Source: Octopus vulgaris (taxonomy: Eukaryota). From it: a stretch of 64,000 nucleotides of DNA. The position numbers were made by a program, and so were the translations under genes. The notes under the pieces are model-generated. The model saw only the letters and a list, made by a program, of their open reading frames with translations, ran no database searches and was not told the DNA's origin. The DNA lies in assembly GCA_951406725.2 (NCBI GenBank), contig OX597816.1, positions 142,972,001 to 143,036,000 on the forward strand, in the 5' to 3' direction. This document shows positions 24,501 through 38,317 of the stretch, piece by piece (the first letter of the stretch is position 1; each line of letters opens with the position of its first letter).

Positions 24501-25769
24501 AGATTGAGGGACTACGCAGAATCTCCTTGGTGGATTATGTGGTCACTTGAGGCAGTAGAAACAGCAGCTAAATCTTCCTATTAGACGCAACGTGTTTAAA
24601 AGAAAAGGCAGGGCGGCTGTGGCTGGAACACCTTTGATCATAAGCTCCATCAGATCAGGATAAACCCAGGGTTAACAAGCAACACATAGCTCTCATCCTC
24701 TTAATGTTTTCGTTTTTATACTCATATTAATAGCATGGGGTTGGTTAGTGGCATGTGTCAGCTCCGGGATACTGTGATTCATACTAAATCATGACGAGTT
24801 GTAGTAGTTGTTGTTGAATAGTTGATATGTAGCCTCTAGTTCAACGAAGATATGATGGAACGGCTCAGAAGCCGTTTGAACAGAACAGAACAGAATTCAA
24901 TAGCTATCAAATACTTGATTCCGTTTCAGGTTGCAGGGCGGCTGAATAGCTAAGTTCGCTCGGCAACCACGAGGTCCCGGGTTCAATTCCATTGTGTGGT
25001 ATCTCTGGCAAATGTCACGGGTGGACTCATACCAACTAAAGCGCCACGCTATGAGACTGAACTTGGAACCAGAAGGTTGTCAAACTTCTCAACTATACAG
25101 CCACAACAGCCCCTAACCAAAAGTACACACACATACATTTACATCCTTATACATATATACACACACATATGAAATAATGAGATTTGACATATGCGTGCGC
25201 GCGCACACATACACACACATGTATAAAATATATATATATATATGAAAAATGTCAAAACTGGTTACTTGAAAAAACTATCTCAAGTGGATGAAGGAGAATA
25301 TTAATAAAAAGTAAAAGATTGATACAAAAGGGAAAGCGATGAGACGGCGAGGAATGGATAGGGTTGGGAGGATAACTGTATTAGCAAAACTTCTGGGGTT
25401 CTTTAAATATTAGACATTGCGCGACTTTCTCAGAAAAGAGCAAGAGAACCGACAGCGATGAAGCGTTGGGGGTGGGTTAAGCGTTAGAAGAGAGACGTTT
25501 TTGGTCATTATTGAAGCGAAGTAAAGCGACAGAGCATGACAGAGTTCTTTCATGGAACAAAGTATCGTAAGATGATATCGGTAGTCATTCAAAATGGCCC
25601 TCCGTGTTATAATGATCCCAGCACGAAGTTGATCGGAGCATAGTGTGTGTGCTGGGTTAAATAAATAAATGCGAAAGAAGAGAACATCGGAGGGGAAGGG
25701 GAAAGAAAAGCAGCAAGAGTTTGTGACAGTCTTTTGATGCGTTAGTATGTAATCTGTAAGGCATATAAT

Positions 25770-26275
25770 CAGTGTGTGTGTATGTATATATATGTTTACA
25801 CACACACATATATATATAGATATATATACACACAAACAAAAACATGTACATGCATAGACACATGTACATAGACATACACATATATTACACACGCATACAT
25901 ACACTGTGTGTGTGTATATATATATATATATACACACACACGCATACATACATACACGTGTGTATATATATATACATATATATATATATATAAACACACA
26001 CACAAACACGCATACATACACGTGTATATATATACACACAAACACGCATACATACACGTGTATGTGTATATATATATATATATTCATACATACACACGTG
26101 TGTATATATACATACATACACACGTGTGTATATATACATACATACACACGTGTGTATATATATACATACACACACACGCATATATATATATATATATATA
26201 TATACATACACACGCATATATATATATACATACATACACACGCATATATATATATATATATCCGCGTGGATGTAC
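25770..26275. repeat. Compound (CA)/(TA)/(CATA) minisatellite-like tract
   Basis: Repeated CATACATACACGTGTGTATATATA units. Confidence 0.9.
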
Positions 26276-28720
26276 ATATATTTAATAAGTGCCATGATTT
26301 ATAATTTCTGCCGATTAAAAACTTCACACACACATATCTACTAAAAGTATGTGTTTAATTGTTGTGTGTTGCATACAAGTGTGCGGATATTGTAAATCTA
26401 ATGAGTACATATTGCATGCATATAACCTGCATTAAAGTGTACACATGTGAGTGTATTTGTCGACTATACATACACAAACTGTATAAGCATATAGAACTGG
26501 GACTGTTAGATTTATAATTAAATGAATGGGATGAGCAGCAGAACAGGCATCGAATGCGTGTGCGTGTACATAATATGTAAATTGCGAATCAGTAGCATTA
26601 TTTTAAGTTGAAGAGATATGATGAGCGGAAAAGCTACAGAAGTGCGTGATTTCAAAATTGATAAATAAATAGAATAGAATAATTCTTTAAATAATTTCGA
26701 AAGGCAACGATCTTTTTTTCTTTTTTTACTCTGACTGAATGAAACAATAAAAAAAGTGATAGGCCAAAAACTTGTAACAAAAAAAATTAATTAATTTTAA
26801 AGAGAAGCTAACTTCACCCGCCCAGCGATAGCCGTTTAGGCACAGTAGGAATAGGGTTCAACTTCGATTAAATAGATACGAAGGTTTGCCGACTGCCAAA
26901 GCACGCTTCTTAATCTCTTCAACACTTTGTTTTATCAAACTTTTGTAAATCATGCGCACGAATGTGTGTGTGTATACAAAATTAGGAACTTGGAAAAGAC
27001 GTAGGATAAACAGAAAAGTTATCAAAATTTCTCAGATAAATGAAAACAGTATGGGAAACTATTGAGAATCTGCTAAGAAAGATAAAGTATAAGGAAAGGA
27101 AAGGCTCCAGTTAATTGAGCTTTTCAGTATATATATTACTTTGAAACCAGAACTGATTATTTCATTTTTAGAGAGAAAGTTTGTTTCATTGTTTTGCTAT
27201 TTAAGTATATTGAGAAACCCAAGAGTAAGATTTAGATCGGCAAAATCAAAATTATTTAAACGATATAAAAAAGAGGGGTTCGAAAAGATATGATCTAAAA
27301 GGGATAGATGGTGATAGAAGGATGCGTAACAACTGGCTGGCAAGTTCCCTCCAGTTTAAAGTAAATCCGCATTGTACCACACGGACGCGCACACACACAC
27401 ACATACATACGCGCGTACACATGGACATACGCAAAACTGTTGAGGTGAAGTAAAATTCCGTTGTCAAACCTAGCCACATGGCCACCAACCGAAGATAAAC
27501 ATACGAGTGTCATGCTAGCGTGCAATCAAACACAGTTTTGGAAATCCAGTAGAATACAGATGCAAAGAATTTTCGATAAAAACAAAAAGTTGAATTTAAA
27601 CAATTGCAGTAAAGATTTTGGTTTTAATGTTAAATTTCTCGGGTAAGAAACCGATTTAGTAAGAGAAATGTAAATTGAATTTAAAAGAAATTTTAAATGA
27701 ATTTATGAGAATTAAAATGGACAAGAACAATTGAACAGATAATTTTTAAAAATTAATATAGTTGAAGAGGCTGAATAAATAAAGTTGGACGTTAGATGGA
27801 TATGAAGAAAGAAATACACTGAAAGTGTATACAGATATTAAAAAATAATTATCAAAATGTTGGTCTTAAGCAGAAAAGGTAAATTGATTTTTGGAGAGAT
27901 CAGTCTTGTAAATTTGGTAAAAGCGGGTTCTATTATGCAGGCGCGCACACCAAACAATATAATGAAATGTAACAGTAATAAAGATTAGCTTAGATTTTTA
28001 ATAATTAATTCAATAATAATTGGAAGTATAGGAAAATATTTGTTCTGCTTGTGAAAATATCTGAGTGAATGGGTGAAAACATGTATTTGAAGCAAGAGTT
28101 GTTTTTTGTTTTTTTCTTTCATGCTCAACAGAAAAATGAATGAAACGGTCTTAGAATTGCAGAAAATGCAACAGAAAGTTATAGCAACAGAAGTTTGAGG
28201 AGTTTTGTTGTTGGCAATTGTTTATATTACTAAAATGAAAGATAAGAAGGATTCAAAGAAATAAAAACTTTTTATAAAAAAAAAAATCAAATCAAAGAAA
28301 TCTATCAAAATTCAACCAAGTTTGTCCCGAGGGATGAGAAATTAAGAAAAATTTATCACAATGCTTTTTTTTTGCTTTTTTCATATATCCGAGAAAAAAT
28401 AATAATATAGAAAAAAAGGGAAAAGCAAAAAAAAACTGCGGTAAGTTTGAAGGATGAAAACAATAACAGCAAAACTGAATCCCCATACACAACATATACA
28501 AACAGTAGTAAATAAACAAATTGACTTCTTTTAATTTTTTCTTTTTCTCTTCTAATATAGAAATATTAATTTAAAAGAGAAAACAAAATATCAACTATGC
28601 ACAAGTCAAAGAGCCGTGATGAAAGTTGCGGTGTTTTATTATTATTTTTTTTTATGTTTCGTCCGTTGAAAAAGCGCTGTTTATTGCGAGAGAGAGAATG
28701 TAAGAAAAGCCAGTACTTAC

Positions 28721-28765
28721 CAAAGCAGTAGGCTCCAGCCTGTCTCTTCTATGAAACAAGACCAT
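28721..28765 (-). CDS. Candidate first coding exon MVLFHRRDRLEPTAL (phase-0 donor) of an unidentified gene
   Basis: ATG at 28765, 45 nt open, then consensus donor TTG|GTAAGT at 28720. Lies in non-repetitive CpG-retaining DNA. No downstream exon identified; could instead be a 5'UTR exon. Confidence 0.35.
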
Positions 28766-30462
28766 TAACTACTGCGGCAATATTAACTTTCTGACAGAGA
28801 TTCGCAGCAAGGGGACACAACTCTGATTCAACCAGCGCCAAAACTTTAATCATTCGCACGAACTCTACCACTTACAGCCTTCTATCTATATCAATAATCG
28901 TTATACACTCACTTTCTGCTCTAGACTCACTAACCAGATTATCAATTTGTGTATCTTTTTTTCTGATTCATCATTTTTGCGTCAGTTTGATTTCCTTCAC
29001 TTACGTGCTTACATTTAAACAACAAAGCATCTCTCCACACCTTTGACTAAACATACATTACATATTTATGTAATTTTTGTCATTCTCATTTTCTCCCTTT
29101 TCTCAATTGGATATAATTATGCATACATACACACATGCATGAAAAAAAAAACAATATGTACTTATTGTTTTTGTTTTGTTTTTTTCATGTAAACATTCCA
29201 CATATAGGATAAACAGTTAATTTTATCGTTATGATACAAGATCTAAGATTTATTCACGAAGAGAAATTTAAATTATTTTCCTGCATTCTTCTCTTCGGTG
29301 GGAAAAGTGTAAATGTCACAATAATTTCATATACATTTTGAAAACATTTTTTACAAAGTGATAGTGCTGGACTTTCTGCCCTTATACATTCAAATCGGAA
29401 CGACTTGGCTTTTCATCCACGCCTGATCGATAATATGACTATCACTGGGCTCGATCCAGTTCACTTACGCTGTTCCCATACAAATTTGTGGCCCTGCGCT
29501 AATATTAGATATTGTTAATGCCTTTTGGAAATGCTTGAACATCGCAACTTCATATTTTCATTCTCATTTAAAATTTATCTTTAACAATTATATTTTGTAT
29601 TTTCTTAATTCGTACAATTATGCACGTACTTGGGCACTTGCAGGGAGGAAGAAGTTATGAACATCATAACTCCAACTTTTCTTCTCGTTTGAATAAATCT
29701 TAGGTTTTGCGCCCGTATAAGAAATAAGCTCTCTTTTTTTTAATATTTCTTTTTCTACCAACAAACTTTTATTGAACTCACCTCAATGAATATATCCAAT
29801 GAAGATGTTTAATGTGTTTTGGTTAAAAGCATCACCTTGGTTTTCATGTTTTGTTTCAGTTATTTTACTGTCTTCAGAATTCTGGAAGAGAACTTTTAAT
29901 GTGTATCGTATCGTCGGTACACGCCGAGAAAGATAGTGAGAAAGACCTTGTTTTTAAACCGTATTCTATATTGAATGAATCTTGCTGCAATTTATAAAAA
30001 TCGATTTAAAGCACATTATATAAATTAACGACACCCCAAACTTTCAGAGTAAAATATTATTGTTGAAATATTGCTTATTTTTGAAAAGTTTTTTTTTTTT
30101 TTCTATTTTCATTCGAAATTGAGTACTATCGTTAAAGAGAATTATTAGAAATTAATACAAAACAAATATTTTATACTGCAATCGTATCGTTTAAAAAGAC
30201 ATGTAGAAAGGAGAGGGAGAATTCAATTTGTTGTTTTTGCCTCCTGCTCCTGACAGAACGAAAAGCTATGCAAATATAAAGAAATAAATAAATAATCAAT
30301 AACATTCCAGACTGTTGATGAATGTTTGAAGTATTTACCATTTTCAAGTTAGATTTAGTTGCACCGTAATAGCACAAATACACACACATAACTACATACA
30401 TTTTTAGTTGCATATGTAATATATATAGAGAGAGATGCGCACACATTTATAAATATATACAT

Positions 30463-30502
<40 letters not shown>

Positions 30503-32946
30503 TAGCACATACACCAACACACGCGTGTTGGGTTTTTTTTTTTTTCTGTGGGATAATTTAAAATGATTTTTATATTTTATGAAATTCTTCGTTATAATTT
30601 TACGAGTTCTGCCAATAATGAAATTGCTTTAATTTTCATAACTTTGATCCTACAACCAAAATTAAACATGGTTTTTGCGGACAAACGCAGTTAAAACTAA
30701 TAATTTATATTGTAGTAACATTTCCAGTTAAATTTATAATTATCCGTGAAATTTTACAGAAAGAAATATATTCCCTTCAGAAATAAAGGAAAATTGATTT
30801 ATAATTTCGATTTATTTTTATTGTTATTTCGTCAATATTGTGACATGTGTGGAGCAGCAATAACTCAAAGATTTTGAATCCATGACCTATTTCTATCAAT
30901 CGTTGGTTGAAACCATTTACTGCGTTAATACCATTGAAAAATAGAAATAACTCTTGCCTAAAAACTAATAATTCATACTTAGTTGAACAAATTTCCCATA
31001 TGATAATACCACAACAAAATATAGCCTTTTTTTCCCGAGGATGGAAGAACTCTCTACCTGGTTCACGTAGTTCTTAGGTACCTTTAATGAAGTTCATTCT
31101 GTTGTAAGCATTCAGAACAGACTCCTGATACCTTTTCCACACTCTTATCTGCAGACATTGATCCGCTGATGTTCACCCAAGGAATCAACAGCATCAATCT
31201 CATAGTTTAGGAAAGTCAACAAAAGTCATTCATGAGCACTGCTTTTCATGCCCTACCTAACTTACATAGTTCCTCGTTTATATTATGATTTACAATCCCA
31301 TACAATACATATAAATCAACGAGAGAACCCTCTACATAGTTGCTTAGCCTGTTAGAAATACCCGCAAAATTTTCTCCCAAATCATATCCAAGAATATTTA
31401 ATGTGTCCACCTAAGAGGAAGGACATATTAAATGGTGTATCCCTAGAGATACTGCGTCCGAAACACACACGGATGATCACAGCCGGAACGTTTGATTAAA
31501 TCCGTTTGATCTGTGCTGATCTAGGATTAAATAATAACCAACACCAATGTGTGCAATCAGACTACCTAGGGTATCAAGCGGTACCACAGTAATGGTAGAT
31601 ATGGAGTATTGATAAAATTAAATAAAAATTCAAAAACGTAATTTTAACAATGTGTTTTTTATTCTATTCTTTCATAAGTTTTATAGACTACTGCATTGTT
31701 GGGACATGCACTTTCAATAGTTGTAGCCAATTGTATCAATATCAGTATGCTCTCTGGTCTTTGTCTCATCGCTTTGGTAAGAGGATATAACAGCCGAGTC
31801 GACCTGAACGTTAAGGAACGTAATTGGAGAAATGAAACAAGATTTTTTTTTTTTTTTGACTGATTCTCATGACTGGCTTCCATAATTTATGTCTACCAAA
31901 TTTTCTTCACTACGTATATTAATCGACTTGCAGTTATGTTAGAAGTTATTTGCTCAAAAAAAAATTTAACAATCTTGCCTAGGGTAGTCTGCGTAATTAC
32001 TATTTATGCTCAACCAAACCCTAGTTAAGCTTATTTTGTGATAAGTAATTATGATGTCAGTATCTTTAATTTCAAAAGTTAAATATTTGAAGATGTCTGA
32101 ATTTTGAAAAAGCTGGCGAAACGGAAACCTCTACGTGTTTGTTCGACCTGCCAGAGATTGTAGCGAAATAACCCTTGAATCACTCTTAAAAGAGGAAAGA
32201 CACGTTAGTCTGATATATAAAGAGATCGATTGGTTATGGCAGGGATTATTTTGATCGGATATTTGCTCAATGAAGACTACAAGAAGATACTGTTTTACCA
32301 TCAGAAGATTTCTCAGTTAAAAAAAATTATAAAATTATGCAAATCGAAAAAAAGCTATCGTTTTGAGCTAAACAACACCCACTTCTAAACAAACAGAAAA
32401 CCACTCCTCTACTGCAAAATTCTTATCGGGATTTTTGATGAAATGTACATTTACAAAGAGAGAGAATAAGTATCAAGCAAAACGCTATGAATCATCCCAA
32501 CTGAGAAAGTACATGAAGAGTCAAGTGTTTTGACAAACGTTTGCGATAATATGAAATCTACCATAATAGATTTAGGGAACAAACGTGCACAGTAATGGGC
32601 GTTTCTCACCTATTATTGTTGAACATCTTTTTCAAAACACACTATTTTGTCTCTCCACACCACAACATGTATCAGTCAGTAAACATTTCATTTATTGACG
32701 AAACAGTTTCACAACTTCACAAAACGAATTTTCTCTTGCTGGTTGTCAACAAAAGAGTTGTAATTCATAACACTGTTGATTTTAAGTTCAAAGCAGCAAT
32801 TCTCATCTTTTAATAAAATTCATGTCTGAGTATTGAACCGCTCTAAGTCAAAGCTATCAATATCAAGTATATACAGTTGACATAGATTGTTAGAATAAAA
32901 CTAAAACATCTCAAATAATATAAGAAGAACTGGGTTTATTATAATA

Positions 32947-33349
32947 CTAGCAGTATCGCCCGGCGTTGCTCGGGTTTGTTTCGACCATTTAGAATTGGAA
33001 TTTTTGAAAAGTAAAAATTTTGCATTATGTAGCTTGTTATTCTCTTTAAGTGAACATTTTTCTAATTCAGACATCTTCCAATACACCGAAAAATGGCGAC
33101 ATGGCAGTCAAAAAATCGTAAAAAATAGGGATTTTCATAGAAAAAATGCACCTTTTTGATGTAAATAATTTTTGGTGTTAACATGGTCCGATTTGAATTT
33201 TTTCTTCTACGGAAGGAAGAGCAAGCCTTCTTCTATCATACTCTCAATTTTTGGTCAACTTGCGCCGCAGGGTTTCGGAGGAGCTAGTGTTAGTCGAAGG
33301 CTACCAAACCCGCCATACACAGACAACTTCAGCTTTATATATAGAGAGA
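32947..33349 (-). mobile_element. Non-autonomous Helitron
   Basis: Minus strand: A|TCTCTCTATATATAAAG ... hairpin CCCGAGCAACGCCGGG - CGATACTG - CTAG|T. This gives a 5'-TC, a 3'-CTAG, a subterminal GC hairpin and an A/T insertion site without TSD. Confidence 0.85.
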
Positions 33350-34424
33350 TTTTGATTTTTCCAAAGACATTAGCTACACACACACACAGATAAAATTCGT
33401 TTTGAGGGATAATTTCACAATAAATTTTATGTACGAATTATTTATAGAAATTGATTTGGTATTGAGTCTTCCTATCAGTAAATGTTCTATTATTCTTTAG
33501 AATAACTTTAATTCAACAGACATGCATCCGCGCGCACACACACACATAAGTTGGCAAGTGCAATAGTTGGAGCAGAACCGATGGTAACATTCCAACCAGT
33601 TATATACTATAACTAGTAATATGCTGGTTATTCTCATATTAACTGTATTTTTTTTATCTGGCTTATAAGTTTTTTTTCCTAAACGGCTAAACATGACAAT
33701 ATCTCATTTCTCCCCACATCACCACAAACTCTCCCCATAATATACATAAACTCTAACATTGCAGCTCTTCATTAAAGTACTGTAGAGATTATCTACAAGT
33801 TCAACTTTCCACCAAAATACTAATGAAAAGATTTCTTGTGTGTGTGTATGCGTGAGTGCATGTTTGTGCCTCTTTGTCTTTACCATTGTGTGATAGTTGT
33901 AAATGAGTATCACTGTCATACAAGCAGTGTCATTCGTTTCCAATGTTCTATGAAAAAACATGTCTGACAATGAAGAAATATTTCCTTGCTTGGAAACATG
34001 TGAGGGTTAGTGATAGGAAGGGCATCCAACCATAGAAAATCAATCCCAACAAACCTTATCCAGCTCATGCAAACATGGAAAAGTGAACATTAAACTGGTG
34101 ATGATGATGATGATGACATGTGTGTATGTGTGAATTTGAAAGATAATTACTTTTCAGTTACTTCAAGTTTATAGTCAGAGGGGCAAACATTTGATGGTAT
34201 ATCAATGAAGATGCTTTAGATGTTAACATAATTATCACTTGTGCTGAGGTCAATTCGTTCAATTAATATGCTGCCCATATTAACTTCTAGTTGGTTAACA
34301 CCCAGTGCTATGAGGAAGTCATCCTCAGAGCAGTGTACCACAGTGAGCTAGCAAACATGCAAAACACATACCTTGAGTATGTACAATTAATAATGCTTAC
34401 AACACTAGCACTACTTTTAATTCA

Positions 34425-35135
34425 TAGATGTGGTGTGCAAGAGAGACGAATGCACTGGTATGGTCATGTGATGCATATGGATGAGGACAGCTGTGTAAAG
34501 AAATGTTGATCTCTAACTGTGGAGGGAACCTGTGGAAGAGGTAGAACCAGAAAAACATGGGACATGGTGATGAAACATGATCCTTGAATGTTGGGTTTTA
34601 CAGAGGCCATGATCTTTGGCGATATGTTGTGCTTAAGAAGACTTGTCAAGCCAAGTGAAATCATAGTGGTGGCCTTTGCTAGTATCATGTAAATGGCATC
34701 CGTGAAATCATAATCGTAGCTGTTACTGGTAGCATGATTTTTCAAATGTTGGGCCTCACAGAAGTGATGACAAGTGACCAAGACCTCAGCAATGTGCTGT
34801 GCTTGAGAAGACTCATCAAGCCGAGTGAAACTGTAGTCGTGGTTGTTGCCAGTGTCATGTAAATGATACCCATGAAATCATAGTCATGGCTGTTACTGGT
34901 ATCATGTAAATGGCACTTGTGCTGGTGGCATGTGAAAAAGCACCCATTACACTCTTGGGGTGGTTGGTGTTAGGAAGGGCATCAAGCCATAGAAATCATG
35001 CCAAATCAGATTGGAACCTGGTGCAGCTCTCTGGCTTACCAGTTCTAGTCAAACCGTCTAACTCATGCCAGCATGGAAAGCAGATATTAAATTATGATGA
35101 TGGTGGCGATGATGATGATGATGATATGCATCATC
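34425..35135 (+). mobile_element. RTE LINE 3' fragment
   Basis: RCGVQERRMHWYGHVMHMDEDSCVKKC*SLTVEGTCGRGRTRKTW, then a 3'UTR and (GAT)n tail. Confidence 0.85.
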
Positions 35136-35429
35136 ATCACATACCACCAAAAGTTTCTGACACTATTTATAAAGTTTCTGACACTATTTCTTTATAGTCA
35201 TAGACTGGTAATTCGTTTCATTCCCAGTTCAGTTCAGGTACATGATGTTGATAAGCCACAAAAATGGTAAAATATCAATATCCATCACTCCTGGATGAGA
35301 CTGGTGGTGAGTTGTCTTTCAGGTGTTTTAATACCCAGTGCTATTAGGGAGTCATCCCCAGAATGCTGTACAGCAGCAAAATGGTGAACAGGCAAAACAC
35401 ATAGTTCTGTCTCTAAAATTCATAACTGA

Positions 35430-35485
<56 letters not shown>

Positions 35486-35540
35486 GAATAATAAAAAGTA
35501 AGTTCTTGGTACAGTATTATATACCTGAAAAAATGAAGAG

Positions 35541-35653
35541 ATAGCTTTTTTAGGGGATAATTTATATTTTAATAATAGTGTTTACAGTGAGTTACCAGAG
35601 TAACTCACTGTAAACATTATTATTAAAATAAAAATTATCCCCTAAAAAAGCTA
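35541..35653. repeat. Near-perfect ~110-bp palindrome
   Basis: TAGCTTTTTTAGGGGATAATTT...TGTTTACAGTGAGTTAC-CAGA-GTAACTCACTGTAAACA...AAATTATCCCCTAAAAAAGCTA. Confidence 0.9.
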
Positions 35654-36314
35654 TTTTTGTATTAGTTTAAAATAGCAATTTATGTATAATACTTAAAGCA
35701 GATACATCACAGAAAGCCCAATTAATTGTGAGATAGTATCAGTTATAGACATACAGTGTTAAAACAAAAAATATATCAGTAGCATGCAAAAATTGTCCAG
35801 CAGTGATGATGACATTGCTAGTTGTACATTTCTGCTTCATTGGGCTTCATCAGTAACAAGTATCCATTGGCAACTGCATGCTAAAAGAAAATCCAGGATT
35901 AGTGATATAGTAAAACAGTGATTGAAAAATCACTAATGTTGCTGATTAAATAAAAATTTATTGTAAGAGTGTGTGTGCATATCTTTATCTTTAACTTGTT
36001 TCAGTCATGGGGCACCACTTTGAAGAACTTTAGTTGAACGAATCAATCCCAGTACTTTTCTTTAAGCATGGTACATATTTTCACAGCCTTTTATGCCAAA
36101 CTGCTATGTTATGAAGATGTAAACACACCAGCTCCAGTTCTTCTGTGGTAGTGGAAGGACAAACGAAGACACAAACACATACACACATAAATATATATAT
36201 AAATTTAAAATAATAAGGGTGAAAAATTGAATATTAATTTGATTAATATCAATTTAAAACCAGTGGTCTAGCATATTTAAAAATCTGAAGTTTCAGAAAA
36301 AATTATATTACATA

Positions 36315-36470
36315 CATATAAAAGGGATGACCTGTAAGTGGACATCCATTATGCTAGAAGAAAATCCGCCATGGTCTTACCACTAAAAAAGGAATGTTCT
36401 CAAGAAAATTTAGCAAACGCCAGAACGTAGCATAATGGATGTCCACTTACAGGTCATCCCTTTTATATAT
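36315..36470. repeat. Inverted repeat with ~40-bp perfect arms (probable Penelope-type or MITE remnant)
   Basis: ATATAAAAGGGATGACCTGTAAGTGGACATCCATTATGCTA and exact rc TAGCATAATGGATGTCCACTTACAGGTCATCCCTTTTATAT. Confidence 0.85.
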
Positions 36471-38317
36471 ATAAATATGTATATGACAGGCTTCTTTCAG
36501 TTTGTATCTTCCAAATCCACTCAGAAGGCTTTGATCAGCCTGAGGCTTTAGTGTCATGCAGTGGGACTGAATTCAAACCAGTGCGTTTGGGAAGCAAGCT
36601 TCTTATCACACAACTATGCCTATGCCTATATATATATATATGAAATATAATCCTAGATATCTTCAAAAAAGATAGGGTGGTCATGACCAAAACTGTCTTA
36701 ACACAGTATTATAAGCTCCAGGCAAAGTATCAGATTGGAAGCCAAGACTGGTTGGTTCATATAATTGCCTAGTGAACCCAAGTCTTAAAAGGGACAGGCC
36801 ATGACTAATAAATTTTTTATTTTAAGTCAGTTCAGACAAGGTTGACATGAAGCAACAACAACTACCATCAAATACACTTCTTATTTTTTGGAAGAATGGT
36901 TCCTCTATCAAAGACATTAAAACCCATCTCTTTTTATAGAGTTTGCTGGCTTGTTTAAATGGGGTTCTGTCAGAAAACAGAATGTGGGTTGGATTTGTTT
37001 TTTTGTTTTGTTTTTTTTTCTTAATAGAAATCCAAGATTGAGAATGAGCACACAAGAGGATTGAGAGAGAAAAGGGGGAGATAGGGAGGGGGTTGAGTGT
37101 GGTTGGGTGAAAGAAAACAAGAGGAGAAATAAAGAAAGATAATGTGGTGTAAAAGAAATGAAACAAAACTGCATATTTCCAATATCTGTGTTCATGTTTT
37201 GCACACTTTACGTTATCATTTTGCTTTTAGACAAGATGAGATATGGTGTAATCTCTTCAGTCCAAGACATTTCTATGCTATTCACAAACTATTTTGATTA
37301 AAGAATAAAAAACAAAATGCGGAGTATCTAGTTCTAATTTGGGGTCATATTTCTCTTACAGAGCTGAAGTGTCCTCCTTCTATTATAATTCCATTCACAT
37401 CTCAGATGCTTTTTAGGAATATAAATTGACTCCAGTACTTGACTGCTACATTGCTTTATTGACAGCAGAAGGATAAAGGGCAAACTTGATCTCAGCAAGA
37501 TTTGAACTCAGAATTTAAAGGACTATAACCAAATATTACAATTAGAAACCCAGACCTTTGATCAAAGGCATTCCTGCCATGACCATCTTGATCTCCTAGT
37601 TATTGCATATCTAGAGCTATGTTATCCATTTGTTTTTGTTTTTATCTAAGTCATTTAGTGTTTGTTGTGCAAACTTAACTTCTATTTCTAGTAGAGCAAG
37701 TGACAATGTACAGGCTCCCTTTTTACTAGTGTTGGTGTTCAGTTACAACTGACCTGAATTTTCTGGTTCACATTTCTCAATTGTTTTTATTTTCATTAAT
37801 ACTGTTTTTGTTGTTATTAGTGTATTTGTTATTATGAAATATCCTTTCAGATATTGCCCCTTTTTATTTCAATGAAGTAGTTGTTGTGTAGTCCTAGATC
37901 AAGCATACCTATGGTACACATCTGATTGAATGAGTAGGTATGGTCCATGAACTATTATTCCTGGTATACCAGGCATTTACCTAACTGAGAGTAATATTTC
38001 ACATTCCAATATGCAATGCTTATTTGTATGGATATACTTTATTTGCTCAATATGGACATATTGTATTCTCTCCCCTGTATGTTCACCTACTGGTCAGCTA
38101 TGATCAGGTAAACCCATGATCAAAAATGTCATAACTGCTACAATCCTTCCCAAGTTTCAAGAAAATGTTATTTTATCTCAAAGTCACAAATTATTTCCAA
38201 TATCCCTATATCAGTACATTTCATAGATTCTTTTAAGAGTTTCATTTTTCAGCTTAATGCTGCATGGACATAGAAACACTGCCCAGCTGCTGCAATAACT
38301 TTCAAGTTCATTCTAGT

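Noticed and set aside
24935-25000. tRNA-like sequence with B-box GGTTCAATTCC
   Set aside because: Continues into CORE-SINE sequence and does not form a cloverleaf; it is a SINE head.
25410-26333. 307-aa ORF, the longest in the track
   Set aside because: About half is translated (CA)/(TA) microsatellite (YIYICVC...); the rest has no recognisable domain.
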